DNA of 63,641 bases, filler included. It is 8 parts of 8 records of this genome, joined end to end, with 100 filler letters (N's around TTAATTAATTAA, not from the genome) between each part and the next. Parts side by side here need not be neighbours in the genome. Positions count along the whole stretch, not along the records: positions 1 to 11,648 come from SRR31156797_35888; positions 11,749 to 22,080 come from SRR31156797_35895; 6 more parts are not named here. The stretch is one strand, 5' to 3'. Position 1 is the stretch's first letter. Each line of letters opens with the position of its first letter. Of the stretch, positions 9,763 through 20,111 are shown in pieces. Position numbers and translations under genes: made by a program. A model generated the notes under the pieces. It saw only the letters and a program-made list of their open reading frames with translations, did not search any database and was not told where the DNA came from.

Positions 9763-10376
9763 ATCGCACGGAACAAGGCATAGCAAAATATCTCGGTGAG
9801 GACTGTTTGCACTATCTGCAAGCGGTCCGCATCGGAATTGCCGGAGCTGGGGGGCTTGGTTCCAACTGCGCCGTGCATCTTGCACGCAGCGGATTCAAAA
9901 ATTTCATCATTGCCGACTTTGATCAGATTGAGGAGTCTAACCTCAACCGCCAGTTCTATTTCGCTGAACAGATCGGCAACAACAAGGTCGAAGCCCTCTG
10001 CAACAACCTGAGAGCCATCAACCCGGACCTCAATATTACTGCCCACATTACTGCGGTAACCCGCGAAAACGTGCATGAGATGTTCGGCGAATGCGATGTA
10101 ATCATCGAAGCCTTTGACGATGCCGCCGCCAAGAAAGCACTGGTAGAAACCTTCCTGCCCACGGGCAAACTGTTGGTTACCGCTTCCGGCATGGGCGGCA
10201 CGGGCAACACGGATGAAATTAAAACCCGCAAGGTCCGCGACAACTTCTACATTGTTGGGGACATGAAAACCGAGTGCAATGCCGAGACCCCGCCATTCTC
10301 TCCAAGGGTGGCAATCTGCGCGGCCAAGCAAGCCGACATTGTGCTTAATCATTATTTGAATAAATTTAATTCTTGA
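9759..10376 (+). CDS. thiF: ThiS adenylyltransferase (short ThiF type)
   Basis: GAGGLGS, DFD.IEESNLNRQ; GTG start overlapping the thiH stop (GTGA). Confidence 0.92.
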   Translation: MNRTEQGIAKYLGEDCLHYLQAVRIGIAGAGGLGSNCAVHLARSGFKNFIIADFDQIEESNLNRQFYFAEQIGNNKVEALCNNLRAINPDLNITAHITAVTRENVHEMFGECDVIIEAFDDAAAKKALVETFLPTGKLLVTASGMGGTGNTDEIKTRKVRDNFYIVGDMKTECNAETPPFSPRVAICAAKQADIVLNHYLNKFNS

Positions 10377-10420
10377 TAAATTTAAACTAAATCAGCCCCG
10401 CAGGGCCCAAGGAATCCAAA

Positions 10421-11071
10421 ATGAGCACCAGAAAAATCACCCGCCAGAACATCCTTGATACAGATATCTACTGCCTGACTGCCCTGAAATTCTCCAAGGG
10501 TCGTTCCAATATCGAAGTTGTCCGCGAAATGCTTGATAGCGGCATCAAACTGATCCAGTACCGCGAAAAAGAGATCAAATCCGGGCAGAAATACGAAGAG
10601 TGCATGGAAATCCGCAGGATGACCCGCGAAGTCGGGGCCGCTTTCATCGTCAATGACGACATTGATCTTGCCATGATGGTTGAAGCAGACGGCATCCACA
10701 TCGGACAGGAAGACTTTCCAGTCCACGCAGTGCGTAAGCTCATCGGTGAGGAAATGGCTATCGGCCTCTCCACCCACGCTCCCGAGGAAGCTCTTGCCGC
10801 AGTAGAAGCAGGCGTAGACTACATCGGAGTAGGCCCCATCTTTAAAACTTACACCAAAGATGACGTAGTTGATCCCGTAGGCTTCAATTACCTCGACTGG
10901 GTAGTCAAAAACATCGATATCCCCTTTGTGGCCATCGGCGGAATTAAAGAACACAATATTGCCGAAGTCATGAACCGGGGCGCCAAATGCGTAGCCCTTG
11001 TCACCGAGATTGTCGGTGCCGACAACATCGGCGGAACAGTCAACGACCTGCGCGCTGCAATGGACAAATAA
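10421..11071 (+). CDS. thiE: Thiamine-phosphate synthase
   Basis: IQYREK, FIVNDD, HIGQED, GLSTH, GPIFKTYTK and VAIGGI motifs. Confidence 0.95.
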   Translation: MSTRKITRQNILDTDIYCLTALKFSKGRSNIEVVREMLDSGIKLIQYREKEIKSGQKYEECMEIRRMTREVGAAFIVNDDIDLAMMVEADGIHIGQEDFPVHAVRKLIGEEMAIGLSTHAPEEALAAVEAGVDYIGVGPIFKTYTKDDVVDPVGFNYLDWVVKNIDIPFVAIGGIKEHNIAEVMNRGAKCVALVTEIVGADNIGGTVNDLRAAMDK

Positions 11072-11100
11072 ATTTCAAATCGGAACCACTCATAAGACAA

Positions 11101-11133
11101 CACCCCTGAACCAGAAGCTCCGGTTCAGGGGTG
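11101..11133. terminator. Hairpin between thiE and the convergent gene
   Basis: CACCCCTGAACC...GGTTCAGGGGTG perfect 12-bp stem; no clear U-tract. Confidence 0.6.
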
Positions 11134-11164
11134 CGGTGGAATAGGTTAGGTTATTTCATTATGA

Positions 11165-11648
11165 TTAGAAGGGCTGACCGTTGTTGAGAGCTACTGTTCC
11201 TGCATGCGCATGTGTTTGGCTAGACACGCTATAAGAGGTATTTACTACCCCAACAAGAGCTTTTTGCTTGTGACTATCTGTCGAACTCCACTTAACAGAC
11301 CCATAACCAACTATTGTTTGTGGAACACCGCTATTGAAAGTACACAGAACAGTAGAATGAGCTAAAAGATCAAAAAAACTGCCCCCTGAAGACAACACCT
11401 GATATGTAGTATTATCAGCAGCAACTACATACACGCTGCAAAGTCCGGAAACATCATTGCCATTTTGATCATAAATAGTAATTTTACATTTGACCGCCCC
11501 ATTTGTTATATTAGAGACATAAACATTTGTATAATTTGTTATCCCAGGACTCTGCTTTGATTCAATATGAGGAATGATAGCGCTCCCCTGAGCATTGAAA
11601 TCCTGCGCCATTGCCCCGCCGCTCATCAGCAGAACCATTGCCATTGCC
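11165..11648 (-). CDS. Secreted beta-rich hypothetical protein (true start probably lost at the contig edge)
   Basis: Signal-peptide remnant ending AMA-Q; beta-strand-rich; ends LNNGQPF; more AT-rich than the thi operon. Confidence 0.65.
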
Positions 11649-11748
11649 NNNNNNNNNNNNNNNNNNNNNNNNNNNNNNNNNNNNNNNNNNNNTTAATTAA
11701 TTAANNNNNNNNNNNNNNNNNNNNNNNNNNNNNNNNNNNNNNNNNNNN
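11649..11748. other. Artificial contig linker
   Basis: N-run + TTAATTAATTAA (stop codons in all six frames) + N-run, 100 nt; composition and gene content change across it. Confidence 0.99.
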
Positions 11749-12532
11749 TTATAAATGGAATATGGGCTGGATGAACGATGTCCTGCGTTTTTATGAAATG
11801 GACCCGATTTTCCGTAAAGATCATTTAAATCTGCTTTCTTTCTCTTTCATGTATCGGATGCAAGAAAATTATATCTTACCACTTTCTCATGATGAAGTCG
11901 TTCATGGTAAAAAAAGTTTGATGCATAAAATGTGGGGGGACCGCTACAAACAGTTTTCACAACTACGAAATCTCTATACGTACATGATGATGCATCCAGG
12001 GAAAAAACTGTTATTCATGGGTAGTGAATGGGGACAGTTTTTAGAATGGAAATATGATCATGGACTTGAATGGGGCGATTTAAACGACACATTAAATGCA
12101 AAAATGCAATTCTTCACCCAGACCTTGAATGAACTATACAAAGAAGAAAGAGCCCTTTGGGAATTGGATGATCAAGAAGATTCATTGATGGTGATCGATG
12201 CAGACAACTTAGATGAAACGACATTGACTTTCTTACGACAAGGAAAAACGAAAAAAGATTTCTTGATCGTTGTTGTCAATCTGACACCAGTGGAGCGTCA
12301 CGATTTTGCGATCGGCGTGCCATACGAAGGAACGTATCGAGAGATTTTAAACACTGAACGGGATGTATTTGGTGGAACTTGGGTGGCTAATAACCAAGAC
12401 TGCCAGACCAGTAATGCCCCTTTTAAACAATACGACTATCAAATCAAAACAATTTTGCCTGCACTTGGGGCTTTGATTATCAAACCAGAAAAAATCAAAA
12501 TGACTCGTAAAAAAGCAGTAAAGAAAGCATAA
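11749..12532 (+). CDS. glgB: 1,4-alpha-glucan branching enzyme, 3' part
   Basis: [29 protein letters not shown] and [10 protein letters not shown]; truncated by the linker. Confidence 0.96.
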
Positions 12533-12553
12533 AAAAAGAGTAGAGGGGGAACG

Positions 12554-13717
12554 GTGAGTAGATCACCAAACAAAATGAAAACAGAAATGTTAGCAATGAT
12601 CCTCGCAGGAGGACAAGGGACTCGTTTAGGGAAACTAACAAAAAATATTGCCAAGCCAGCAGTTCCGTTTGGCGGCAGGTATCGGATCATCGATTTCACG
12701 TTGAGTAATTGTGTCAATTCTGGAATCAAAAATGTGGGTGTAGTCACGCAGTACCAACCTTTAGCACTGAACAACCATATCGGCAATGGTGCCAGTTGGG
12801 GATTGGATGGAATCAGTACCGGTGTGACGATTTTACAGCCATATTCAAATTCAGAAGGCGAAAAATGGTTTGAGGGAACTGCCCATGCCATCTATCAAAA
12901 CATCGCCTATATCGATGAGATGGACCCGCAATATGTCTTGATTTTGTCCGGCGACCATATCTACAAAATGGATTACGAAGAAATGCTGGAAAAACACAAA
13001 GAAAATGATGCTTCATTGACGGTTGCAGTTCTCGAAGTTCCGATGAAAGATGCTTCTCGTTTCGGGATCATGAATACTGATAAAAATGACCGCATCATCG
13101 AATTTGATGAAAAACCAGCCGAACCAAAAAGCAATCTTGCTTCGATGGGGATCTATATATTTGATTGGAGTCGTCTACGCAGTATGCTATTGAGTAACTA
13201 CACAAAAGACGGCGAAATGGTCGATTTTGGGAAACATGTCATTCCTTCTTATCTAGAAAGCGGCGACAACGTTTTTGCCTATCGCTTCTCTGGCTATTGG
13301 AAAGACGTAGGAACGATCGATTCATTGTGGGAAGCCAACATGGAATTTATTGATCCAGCCATGGAGTTGAATATCCGGGATAAAAGCTGGCAAGTGTTCT
13401 CCAAAAACCCAATCGCACCACCGCACTTTGTAACTGAAACCGGTGCTGCTAAAAATTCGCTTGTGATGGACGGCTGCTATGTTGCTGGGGAGATCGAGCA
13501 CAGTATTTTATCAGAGAACGTGCAAGTGAAAGAAGGCTCGACTATCAAAGATAGCGTGATCATGCCTGGAGCGGTGATTGGTAGAAATGTCAAATTAAAT
13601 CGTGTGATCGTTGGGGAAAATGCAGTGATTGGTGACGACGCAGAGATCGATGGAACAGACGAAATTGCCGTAGTCGGCTATTCTGAAATTTTAGGGGTGA
13701 CGATTGATGAGAACTAA
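12554..13717 (+). CDS. glgC: Glucose-1-phosphate adenylyltransferase, catalytic subunit
   Basis: [29 protein letters not shown] and YWKDVGT motifs. Confidence 0.97.
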   Translation: MSRSPNKMKTEMLAMILAGGQGTRLGKLTKNIAKPAVPFGGRYRIIDFTLSNCVNSGIKNVGVVTQYQPLALNNHIGNGASWGLDGISTGVTILQPYSNSEGEKWFEGTAHAIYQNIAYIDEMDPQYVLILSGDHIYKMDYEEMLEKHKENDASLTVAVLEVPMKDASRFGIMNTDKNDRIIEFDEKPAEPKSNLASMGIYIFDWSRLRSMLLSNYTKDGEMVDFGKHVIPSYLESGDNVFAYRFSGYWKDVGTIDSLWEANMEFIDPAMELNIRDKSWQVFSKNPIAPPHFVTETGAAKNSLVMDGCYVAGEIEHSILSENVQVKEGSTIKDSVIMPGAVIGRNVKLNRVIVGENAVIGDDAEIDGTDEIAVVGYSEILGVTIDEN

Positions 13718-14858
13718 TAAAATGTGTGCAATTTTAGGGAACCTACAGCGATACCAAGACTTGATGCCATTAACGGAGAATCGTCCGCTGTCGACCTTGT
13801 TGTTTGACTGCAAATATCGCTTGCTGGATTTCAATCTTTCAAGTATTGAAAATGCCAACATCAAACAAGTCTACATGATTTTCAATGAAGGAGAGACCCA
13901 GTCAGTTTTTGATCATATCGGTGGTGGAAAAGAGTGGAACTTGGACGGTGTTCAAAACCGGTTCTTTATCCACTTATTCCAAGACTCATTGAAAAAGCAA
14001 GCCGAAGGGCAAGAGTACTACTATAACGTCATTGACTATTTGGAAAAATCAAAATCAGATCACACTGTATTTATGGGCAGCAAAATCTTATGCAACATCG
14101 ATTTGCGTGCTTTGCTGAAAATTCATCAACTACAAGGCAATGAAATGACTGTGGTGTATAAACGCATCGGCAGTGACAATGTTTCTGAAAGTGACTTGTT
14201 GTTTAATGTTGACAGTGAAGGACACTTAGAAGAAGCGATCCAAGCGAAAAAAGGGGAAGTTGGCTCCCTAGTCAACTTGTGTACGGATATTTTTATCATT
14301 CAAACGGATCGTCTGATCGCGGCTCTTAAAGAAGGGCAAAAAGTTGGCGCAACGGCAGATCTCGGTCAATTTTTACGAGAGATGATCTCTGTGGAGAACA
14401 CTGGCCTATATGAGTACACTGGTTACTTAAGTAACATTTATGATATCTCTTCTTATTATCAAACAAATATGGACATGCTAGATGTGCATAAATTCACCTC
14501 ATTGCTTTATTCGAATCAAAAAATCTATACCAAATTGAAGAATGAAGTACCAACCTATTATTCGGAAACGTCTGAGGTGAAAAATAGCCACTTTGCTTCT
14601 GGTTGCATCGTTGAAGGCTCTGTCGAGCAGTCACTGGTTGCTCGCCGTACGAAAATCCATCCTGAGGCAAAAGTCAAAGGCGCGATCATTTTCGGAAATA
14701 ACGAAATCAAAGCAGGTGCCGAAGTCTCTTATGCAATCTTAGATAAAAATGTAACCATCGCAGAAGGTGTAAAAGTGCAGGGAACCAAAGAAACGCCGAT
14801 TGTCATTAAGAAGAATTCTCATGTGACAGAAGATGTAATCGGAGGAGCAAGCGCATGA
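13707..14858 (+). CDS. glgD: Glucose-1-phosphate adenylyltransferase subunit GlgD
   Basis: GlgC paralogue lacking the catalytic GG motif; RYRLIDF-like KYRLLDF; IYTK.KNEVPT; Firmicutes glgCD order. Confidence 0.94.
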   Translation: MRTNKMCAILGNLQRYQDLMPLTENRPLSTLLFDCKYRLLDFNLSSIENANIKQVYMIFNEGETQSVFDHIGGGKEWNLDGVQNRFFIHLFQDSLKKQAEGQEYYYNVIDYLEKSKSDHTVFMGSKILCNIDLRALLKIHQLQGNEMTVVYKRIGSDNVSESDLLFNVDSEGHLEEAIQAKKGEVGSLVNLCTDIFIIQTDRLIAALKEGQKVGATADLGQFLREMISVENTGLYEYTGYLSNIYDISSYYQTNMDMLDVHKFTSLLYSNQKIYTKLKNEVPTYYSETSEVKNSHFASGCIVEGSVEQSLVARRTKIHPEAKVKGAIIFGNNEIKAGAEVSYAILDKNVTIAEGVKVQGTKETPIVIKKNSHVTEDVIGGASA

Positions 14859-16288
14859 AGGTTTTGTTTACAGCAGCAGAGTGCGCTCCGTTTTTTAAAA
14901 CAGGCGGGTTAGGGGATGTTGCAGGTGCATTGCCAAAAGAGTTGGTCAAAAAAGGCGTCGAGACAGTTGTCGTCTTACCTTATTTCACGAAAATGCCTGC
15001 CGAATACCAAGACCAAATGGAAGAATGTTTTTCCTTTGAAGTGGCGGTCGGCTGGCGCAAGCAATATTGTGGGATCAAAAAATTAGTTCTAGGCGCTGTG
15101 ACTTATTATTTCATAGACAATCTCTACTATTTTGGTCGCGAACGGCTCTATGATTTTTATGATGATGGGGAACGCTTTGCTTTCTTCCAATTAGCCGTGA
15201 TCGAAATGATGGAACGCATTGAATTTATTCCAGACGTCGTACATGTCAATGATTACCATACGGCGATGATTCCGTTCTTGATCAAAGAAAAATATCATTG
15301 GATCCAAGCGTATCAAAACATACGCACCGTTTTGACGATCCATAACATTGGGTTTCAAGGGTGGTATAGTCGCGATATTTTACCGGATCTTTTTGGGATG
15401 GGTACGGAAAGATATGATGATGGAACCTTGCGTTTAAACGATTGCTTGAACTTTATGAAAGCAGGAATCTTGTATGCGGACCGCATCACGACCGTCAGTC
15501 CTTCCTATAGTGAAGAAATCAAAACAGCTGAGTTTGGTTGTGGTCTTGAAGTCATTTTACGCATGGAAAGTGGCAAGCTAAGCGGTATCTTGAATGGAAT
15601 TGATTATGAAATGAATGATCCAGAAACCGATCCTCATTTGGACTATCCTTTCAGTGTCGAGGATTTATCAGGAAAAGCTAAAAACAAGCGAGCGCTACAA
15701 GAACAGTTTGGCTTGCCAACTCGTAAAGAGGTTCCGCTGATTTCCGTTGTTAGTCGTTTGACCACTCAAAAGGGGTTCCATTTAGTTCTTGAAGAAATGG
15801 AAAACCTCTTGCAGTTTGATGTCCAGTTTATCCTATTGGGAACCGGTGAGCATGATTTTGAAGAAGGCTTTCGCTACTTTGCGCAGAAATATCCTGACAA
15901 ATGTGCTGCCGCGATTTCTTTTGATATTGCACTGGCGCAAAAGTTATACGCAGCAGCGGATCTCTTCTTGATGCCTTCGGCTTTTGAACCATGTGGACTA
16001 TCGCAGATGATCGCGATGCGTTATGGTACATTACCGATCGTTCATGAAATCGGTGGCTTGAAAGATACGGTGGATTCCTATAATCCGATCACGAAACAAG
16101 GAACTGGCTTTGGCTTCCAAGAGTTTTCACCTTTTTACTTGATGAATGCCTTAAAACAGGGGATTGAATTATATGAATCGGATCCGACAACATGGACGGC
16201 ATTAGTCAAGCAAGCAATGAAAAAAGATTTTAGCTGGAATCAAAGCTCAGATCTTTATGTTGAGTTGTATAATAATATCAAAGTTTGA
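14855..16288 (+). CDS. glgA: Glycogen synthase
   Basis: [15 protein letters not shown] and [11 protein letters not shown] motifs. Confidence 0.97.
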   Translation: MKVLFTAAECAPFFKTGGLGDVAGALPKELVKKGVETVVVLPYFTKMPAEYQDQMEECFSFEVAVGWRKQYCGIKKLVLGAVTYYFIDNLYYFGRERLYDFYDDGERFAFFQLAVIEMMERIEFIPDVVHVNDYHTAMIPFLIKEKYHWIQAYQNIRTVLTIHNIGFQGWYSRDILPDLFGMGTERYDDGTLRLNDCLNFMKAGILYADRITTVSPSYSEEIKTAEFGCGLEVILRMESGKLSGILNGIDYEMNDPETDPHLDYPFSVEDLSGKAKNKRALQEQFGLPTRKEVPLISVVSRLTTQKGFHLVLEEMENLLQFDVQFILLGTGEHDFEEGFRYFAQKYPDKCAAAISFDIALAQKLYAAADLFLMPSAFEPCGLSQMIAMRYGTLPIVHEIGGLKDTVDSYNPITKQGTGFGFQEFSPFYLMNALKQGIELYESDPTTWTALVKQAMKKDFSWNQSSDLYVELYNNIKV

Positions 16289-16300
16289 TTGTTTTAAGAC

Positions 16301-16374
16301 AGAAGAATCCTTGTCTGCAACAGAGCGGCTAGTTGTATGACTAGCCATTCTGGCGGCAAGAATTCTTCTTTTTT
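16301..16374 (+). terminator. Long intra-operon hairpin with U-tract between glgA and glgP
   Basis: AGAAGAAT.CTTG...CAGAG.GGCTAGT-loop-ACTAGCC.TTCTG...CAAG.ATTCTTCT followed by TTTTT. Confidence 0.7.
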
Positions 16375-16405
16375 ATAAACGGTTAGCATAAAGGAGTGTA
16401 ACCCT

Positions 16406-18859
16406 ATGACAAAAGAACGATTGCGTGATCTGTTAGAAACCAACGTGCACGAACTGTTTGCGATAGAGATCGATGAAGCATCGCCGCAGGAATTGTTTCA
16501 GGCACTAGCCAATGTGGTGAAGCAAGTGTATTCAGAAGACTGGCGCCAGACCAGAAAAAATCTCTTGTTGGAGGATCAAAAACAAGCATATTATTTTTCA
16601 ATCGAATTTTTACCCGGCAAAATGTTAAAGAGTAATCTGTTAAATATGCAGTTGTTGGAGCAAGCGGAAGCCGTTTTTGAAGAGTTAGGGGTTTCACTTG
16701 ACGATGTTGCAGAGACGGAAAAAGACATGGCTTTAGGCAACGGGGGCCTCGGTCGCTTAGCGTCTTGTTTTATGGATTCATTGGCTTCTTTAGGTTTGCC
16801 AGGAAATGGCAATGGGATCCGCTATCGCTACGGATTATTTAAACAAAAATTTATTGACGGCCATCAAGTAGAGTTGCCCGATGACTGGTTGCGTTCGGGA
16901 AATGTTTGGGAAGTCCGCAAAGAAAGCAAGGCGGTGCCTATTCGTTTCGGGGGCCAGGTCTATCTCGTTACGGGAGAGGACGGAAAACTAGCACCGGTCT
17001 ATGAAGGTGGCTTTACCTGGCGGGCAGTTCCGTATGACACCGCGATGGTTGGCTATCAGAATCAACACATCAACACACTGCGCTTGTGGAGTGTCGAAGT
17101 ACCTGCTGAAGATGAGGCGCATTATGCGACATTGGAATCACGGCAAGCTTTAGAAAATTTGACTGCTGTTTTATATCCAGATGACTCAAACGAGATCGGC
17201 AAACGCACACGATTGATGCAAGAATACTTTTTTGTTTCTGCAGGCATTCAAAGTATCATTCGCTATTATAAAAAATCGAATCTGCCTTTAGCAATGCTCA
17301 GTGAACGAGTAGCAATCCATATCAACGACACGCACCCAGCCCTTTGTGTCCCAGAACTGATGCGCATTTTAGTTGATGAAGAAGGTCTTGCTTGGGAACA
17401 AGCGTGGGCGATCACCGTGAAAGTCATGAGTTATACGAACCATACAATCATGGCGGAAGCCTTAGAAAAATGGCCCGTGCGCATGATTGAAGAAGTTTTG
17501 CCGAGAATGGATCAGATCATCAAAGAAATTGATCGCCGTTTTGTGGAAACGATGCAAGGGGTCCATCCGCAAGCGTTACTGGAACGGACACGAATCATTA
17601 TTGATGATCAAGTCCATATGGCACATCTCGCGATCATCGGCAGCCACAGTGTCAATGGGGTAGCCAAGCTCCATTCTGATTTACTAAAATCAGTGGTACT
17701 CCATGACTTTTATCTTATTTATCCGGCCCGTTTCAACAATAAGACCAACGGCATCGCGCAACGGCGTTGGCTTCAGCTAGCCAATCAACCGTTAGCCAAA
17801 GTATTGGATCAGTCCATCGGTACAAGCTGGCGCAATGATCCATTAGACCTGCAACTACTCAAAAACTATTATGAGGACGAAACTGTTCTCCAACAAATTG
17901 CCGACGCAAAAATGAGTAACAAGCGTGCACTGGCACAGTACATTCAAAAAGCAACGGGCATCACAGTAGATCCGACGGCAATATTTGATGTGCAGATCAA
18001 GCGTCTGCATGCATACAAACGACAATTACTAAATCTTATGCATATTCTAAAGCTCTACTTTGAGGTCAAAGACGAACCAACTGCTGCGTTTCATCCAAGA
18101 GTCTTTCTCTTTGGTGCCAAAGCCGCACCAAGCTATCACTACGCAAAATCGATCATTAAAGTCATCAATGAAGTGGCGAATCTGATCAATCATGATGAAA
18201 CCATCAATGATAAAATCAAGGTTGTTTTTTTAGAAAATTACAACGTTTCTTTAGCAGAAAAAATTATCCCAGCAGCGGATGTCAGTGAACAAATATCATT
18301 GGCCTCCAAAGAAGCTTCAGGGACAAGTAATATGAAGTTGATGCTAAATGGGGCAGTAACGATCGCCACTTTAGATGGTGCCAATATTGAGATTCGAGAT
18401 GCAATCGGTGATGAAAACATCGCGATCTTTGGGCTAACCGAAGAAGAAGTGTATCAGTATTACGCCCAGCGTAATTATTCTGCCTATGCGTATTATGAGT
18501 CAGATCCACTATTGCAACGTGTAGTCAATGCCTTTATTGACGGGACAATCCCCAATATTCAAGTAGAAGGCCGCGAGATTTTTGATTCACTTTTGAAATA
18601 CAATGATGAGTACTTTTTATTAAGAGATTTCCACGCCTATTGTGATGCACAGCATCGGGTGGATATTGCTTATCAAGATACTCATCGCTGGCAAAAAATC
18701 AGTCTAATGAATATTGCGAATGCTGGGAAGTTTTCGGCGGATGAAACGGTGCGAAATTATGCAGCAGATATTTGGCAGATCGATCCATTATTTGCCCATA
18801 TCAAAGAACCAAATGCGGCAAGCTTGACGGAGTCAGTGCCTCCAAGGGGAGACAATTGA
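16406..18859 (+). CDS. glgP: Glycogen/starch phosphorylase
   Basis: LGNGGLGRLASC, INDTHP, QIKRLHAYKRQ and the PLP site EASGTSNMK. Confidence 0.97.
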   Translation: MTKERLRDLLETNVHELFAIEIDEASPQELFQALANVVKQVYSEDWRQTRKNLLLEDQKQAYYFSIEFLPGKMLKSNLLNMQLLEQAEAVFEELGVSLDDVAETEKDMALGNGGLGRLASCFMDSLASLGLPGNGNGIRYRYGLFKQKFIDGHQVELPDDWLRSGNVWEVRKESKAVPIRFGGQVYLVTGEDGKLAPVYEGGFTWRAVPYDTAMVGYQNQHINTLRLWSVEVPAEDEAHYATLESRQALENLTAVLYPDDSNEIGKRTRLMQEYFFVSAGIQSIIRYYKKSNLPLAMLSERVAIHINDTHPALCVPELMRILVDEEGLAWEQAWAITVKVMSYTNHTIMAEALEKWPVRMIEEVLPRMDQIIKEIDRRFVETMQGVHPQALLERTRIIIDDQVHMAHLAIIGSHSVNGVAKLHSDLLKSVVLHDFYLIYPARFNNKTNGIAQRRWLQLANQPLAKVLDQSIGTSWRNDPLDLQLLKNYYEDETVLQQIADAKMSNKRALAQYIQKATGITVDPTAIFDVQIKRLHAYKRQLLNLMHILKLYFEVKDEPTAAFHPRVFLFGAKAAPSYHYAKSIIKVINEVANLINHDETINDKIKVVFLENYNVSLAEKIIPAADVSEQISLASKEASGTSNMKLMLNGAVTIATLDGANIEIRDAIGDENIAIFGLTEEEVYQYYAQRNYSAYAYYESDPLLQRVVNAFIDGTIPNIQVEGREIFDSLLKYNDEYFLLRDFHAYCDAQHRVDIAYQDTHRWQKISLMNIANAGKFSADETVRNYAADIWQIDPLFAHIKEPNAASLTESVPPRGDN

Positions 18860-18908
18860 AGCGACTTCGGTTGAAATGGCGCAGTCTTTCGTGAAATTCT
18901 CTTTTATT

Positions 18909-18919
18909 TGTGGTATGAT
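18909..18919 (+). promoter_or_regulatory. Extended -10 sigma-A promoter element
   Basis: TGTGGTATGAT (TG-n-TATGAT) about 30 nt upstream of the likely start of the next gene. Confidence 0.55.
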
Positions 18920-18949
18920 GAAAAAAATGCATGTAAGAGGATGAGTACA

Positions 18950-19702
18950 GTGGCAAATTATTTAGATGTGAAACGAAAACACTTCCGTTTTCCTGCTTAT
19001 GATGATACAGACGGTGTGAAGCTTCAATCCGAGCATCGCCCCGCATTCAGTAAAGCAGATGATTGGATTTTAACCGAAATCAAAGATCCCGTGAGTCATT
19101 CTCACAAGGAAGAAAATCAATCTTTGCAGCGTAAAGTGCAGTCCAGCCAACGCGATCGAGGGCACAATGTTCGTCAAAAAGAAGAGCTTGCCAATCACCG
19201 TGCCAACTTGCCTCAGTACGGAAAACGTCCGGTGAAAGAGCAGATGCCGACAGGAAAAACCAATTTTTTTGGCAAAGAAGCGAACCATTCTTCTTATCAA
19301 GTGACTAGTAAGAAGGAAAAAGCTGAGGTTCCTGTTTCTTCAAAAAAAGAATATTCGGGACGCTCTTACTTCGTGCCTAAATATATTCCTGCATCAATTA
19401 TTCCAGATGAGCAAAAACCTGAAATTACGCCGAACGATTTGATGGATGCAATGGCAAAAAAACAAGAAAGTTATTTGTTATTTGACACTGAACCAGCAGC
19501 TTATCAAGTCAAAGAAGAAAGCGATCCAACCGTCAAAAAATTCAATCGCCACCCCTCTGTTGGGATGACACGCAGCGAGTTTCGAGCCAACAATAAAAAA
19601 AATGGTGAGAAAAAACGGTCCGTTTTAGATCGATCATTAAAAGGAATGATTGAAGACGATCAACAAGCAGAATCTTCAAATGGCTATTTTCGTTCTAAAT
19701 AG
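18950..19702 (+). CDS. Hydrophilic, low-complexity hypothetical protein
   Basis: Long ORF with its own promoter-like element, RBS AAGAGG and a downstream terminator; start is 18941 (ATG) or 18950 (GTG). Confidence 0.8.
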   Translation: MANYLDVKRKHFRFPAYDDTDGVKLQSEHRPAFSKADDWILTEIKDPVSHSHKEENQSLQRKVQSSQRDRGHNVRQKEELANHRANLPQYGKRPVKEQMPTGKTNFFGKEANHSSYQVTSKKEKAEVPVSSKKEYSGRSYFVPKYIPASIIPDEQKPEITPNDLMDAMAKKQESYLLFDTEPAAYQVKEESDPTVKKFNRHPSVGMTRSEFRANNKKNGEKKRSVLDRSLKGMIEDDQQAESSNGYFRSK

Positions 19703-19757
19703 CAGAGACAGTTACTTTTAATAGAAGTAGTCCTTTGAGCATAACGATGAATGATTT

Positions 19758-19790
19758 CAGCTAGATGGCGAACATCTAGCTGTTTTTTTT
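19758..19790 (+). terminator. Intrinsic terminator
   Basis: CAGCTAGATG-GCGAA-CATCTAGCTG plus T8. Confidence 0.9.
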
Positions 19791-20111
19791 GTGTGCTGAA
19801 ACTGCCGATTTCACAAAATACTTAGTCGAATTACATTTTTCACCGACTGAGGAATATTCTGATTTTACTAAGCAATAGCGTGGGCTATAGAATAAAGTGA
19901 AACGATCAAAACCATCGTTATTTATAATGTTTGTTATTTTAATTGGCGATTTCTTTTGTCATTTAAAATCGATGGCAGGATTGTGGTTTTCTGATCAGCC
20001 GTAATTGAAAAAAGGAAGCAAGCGTCCTGATGGTTAAAGCTGCTCTTTGGGAAGGACTGATCCATGATCGATTTCAAGGGAAAGATACGCTGAAAGGTGG
20101 GGCATCAACAA

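Noticed and set aside
9366-10352. 328-aa antisense ORF over thiH/thiF, and similar long shadow ORFs (26876-27706, 46418-47209, 48284-49042, 61924-62763)
   Set aside because: They lie opposite well-supported genes in GC-rich sequence and have no recognisable motifs.
11749-18859. glgBCDAP as a novel system
   Set aside because: Standard Firmicutes glycogen operon in the usual order.
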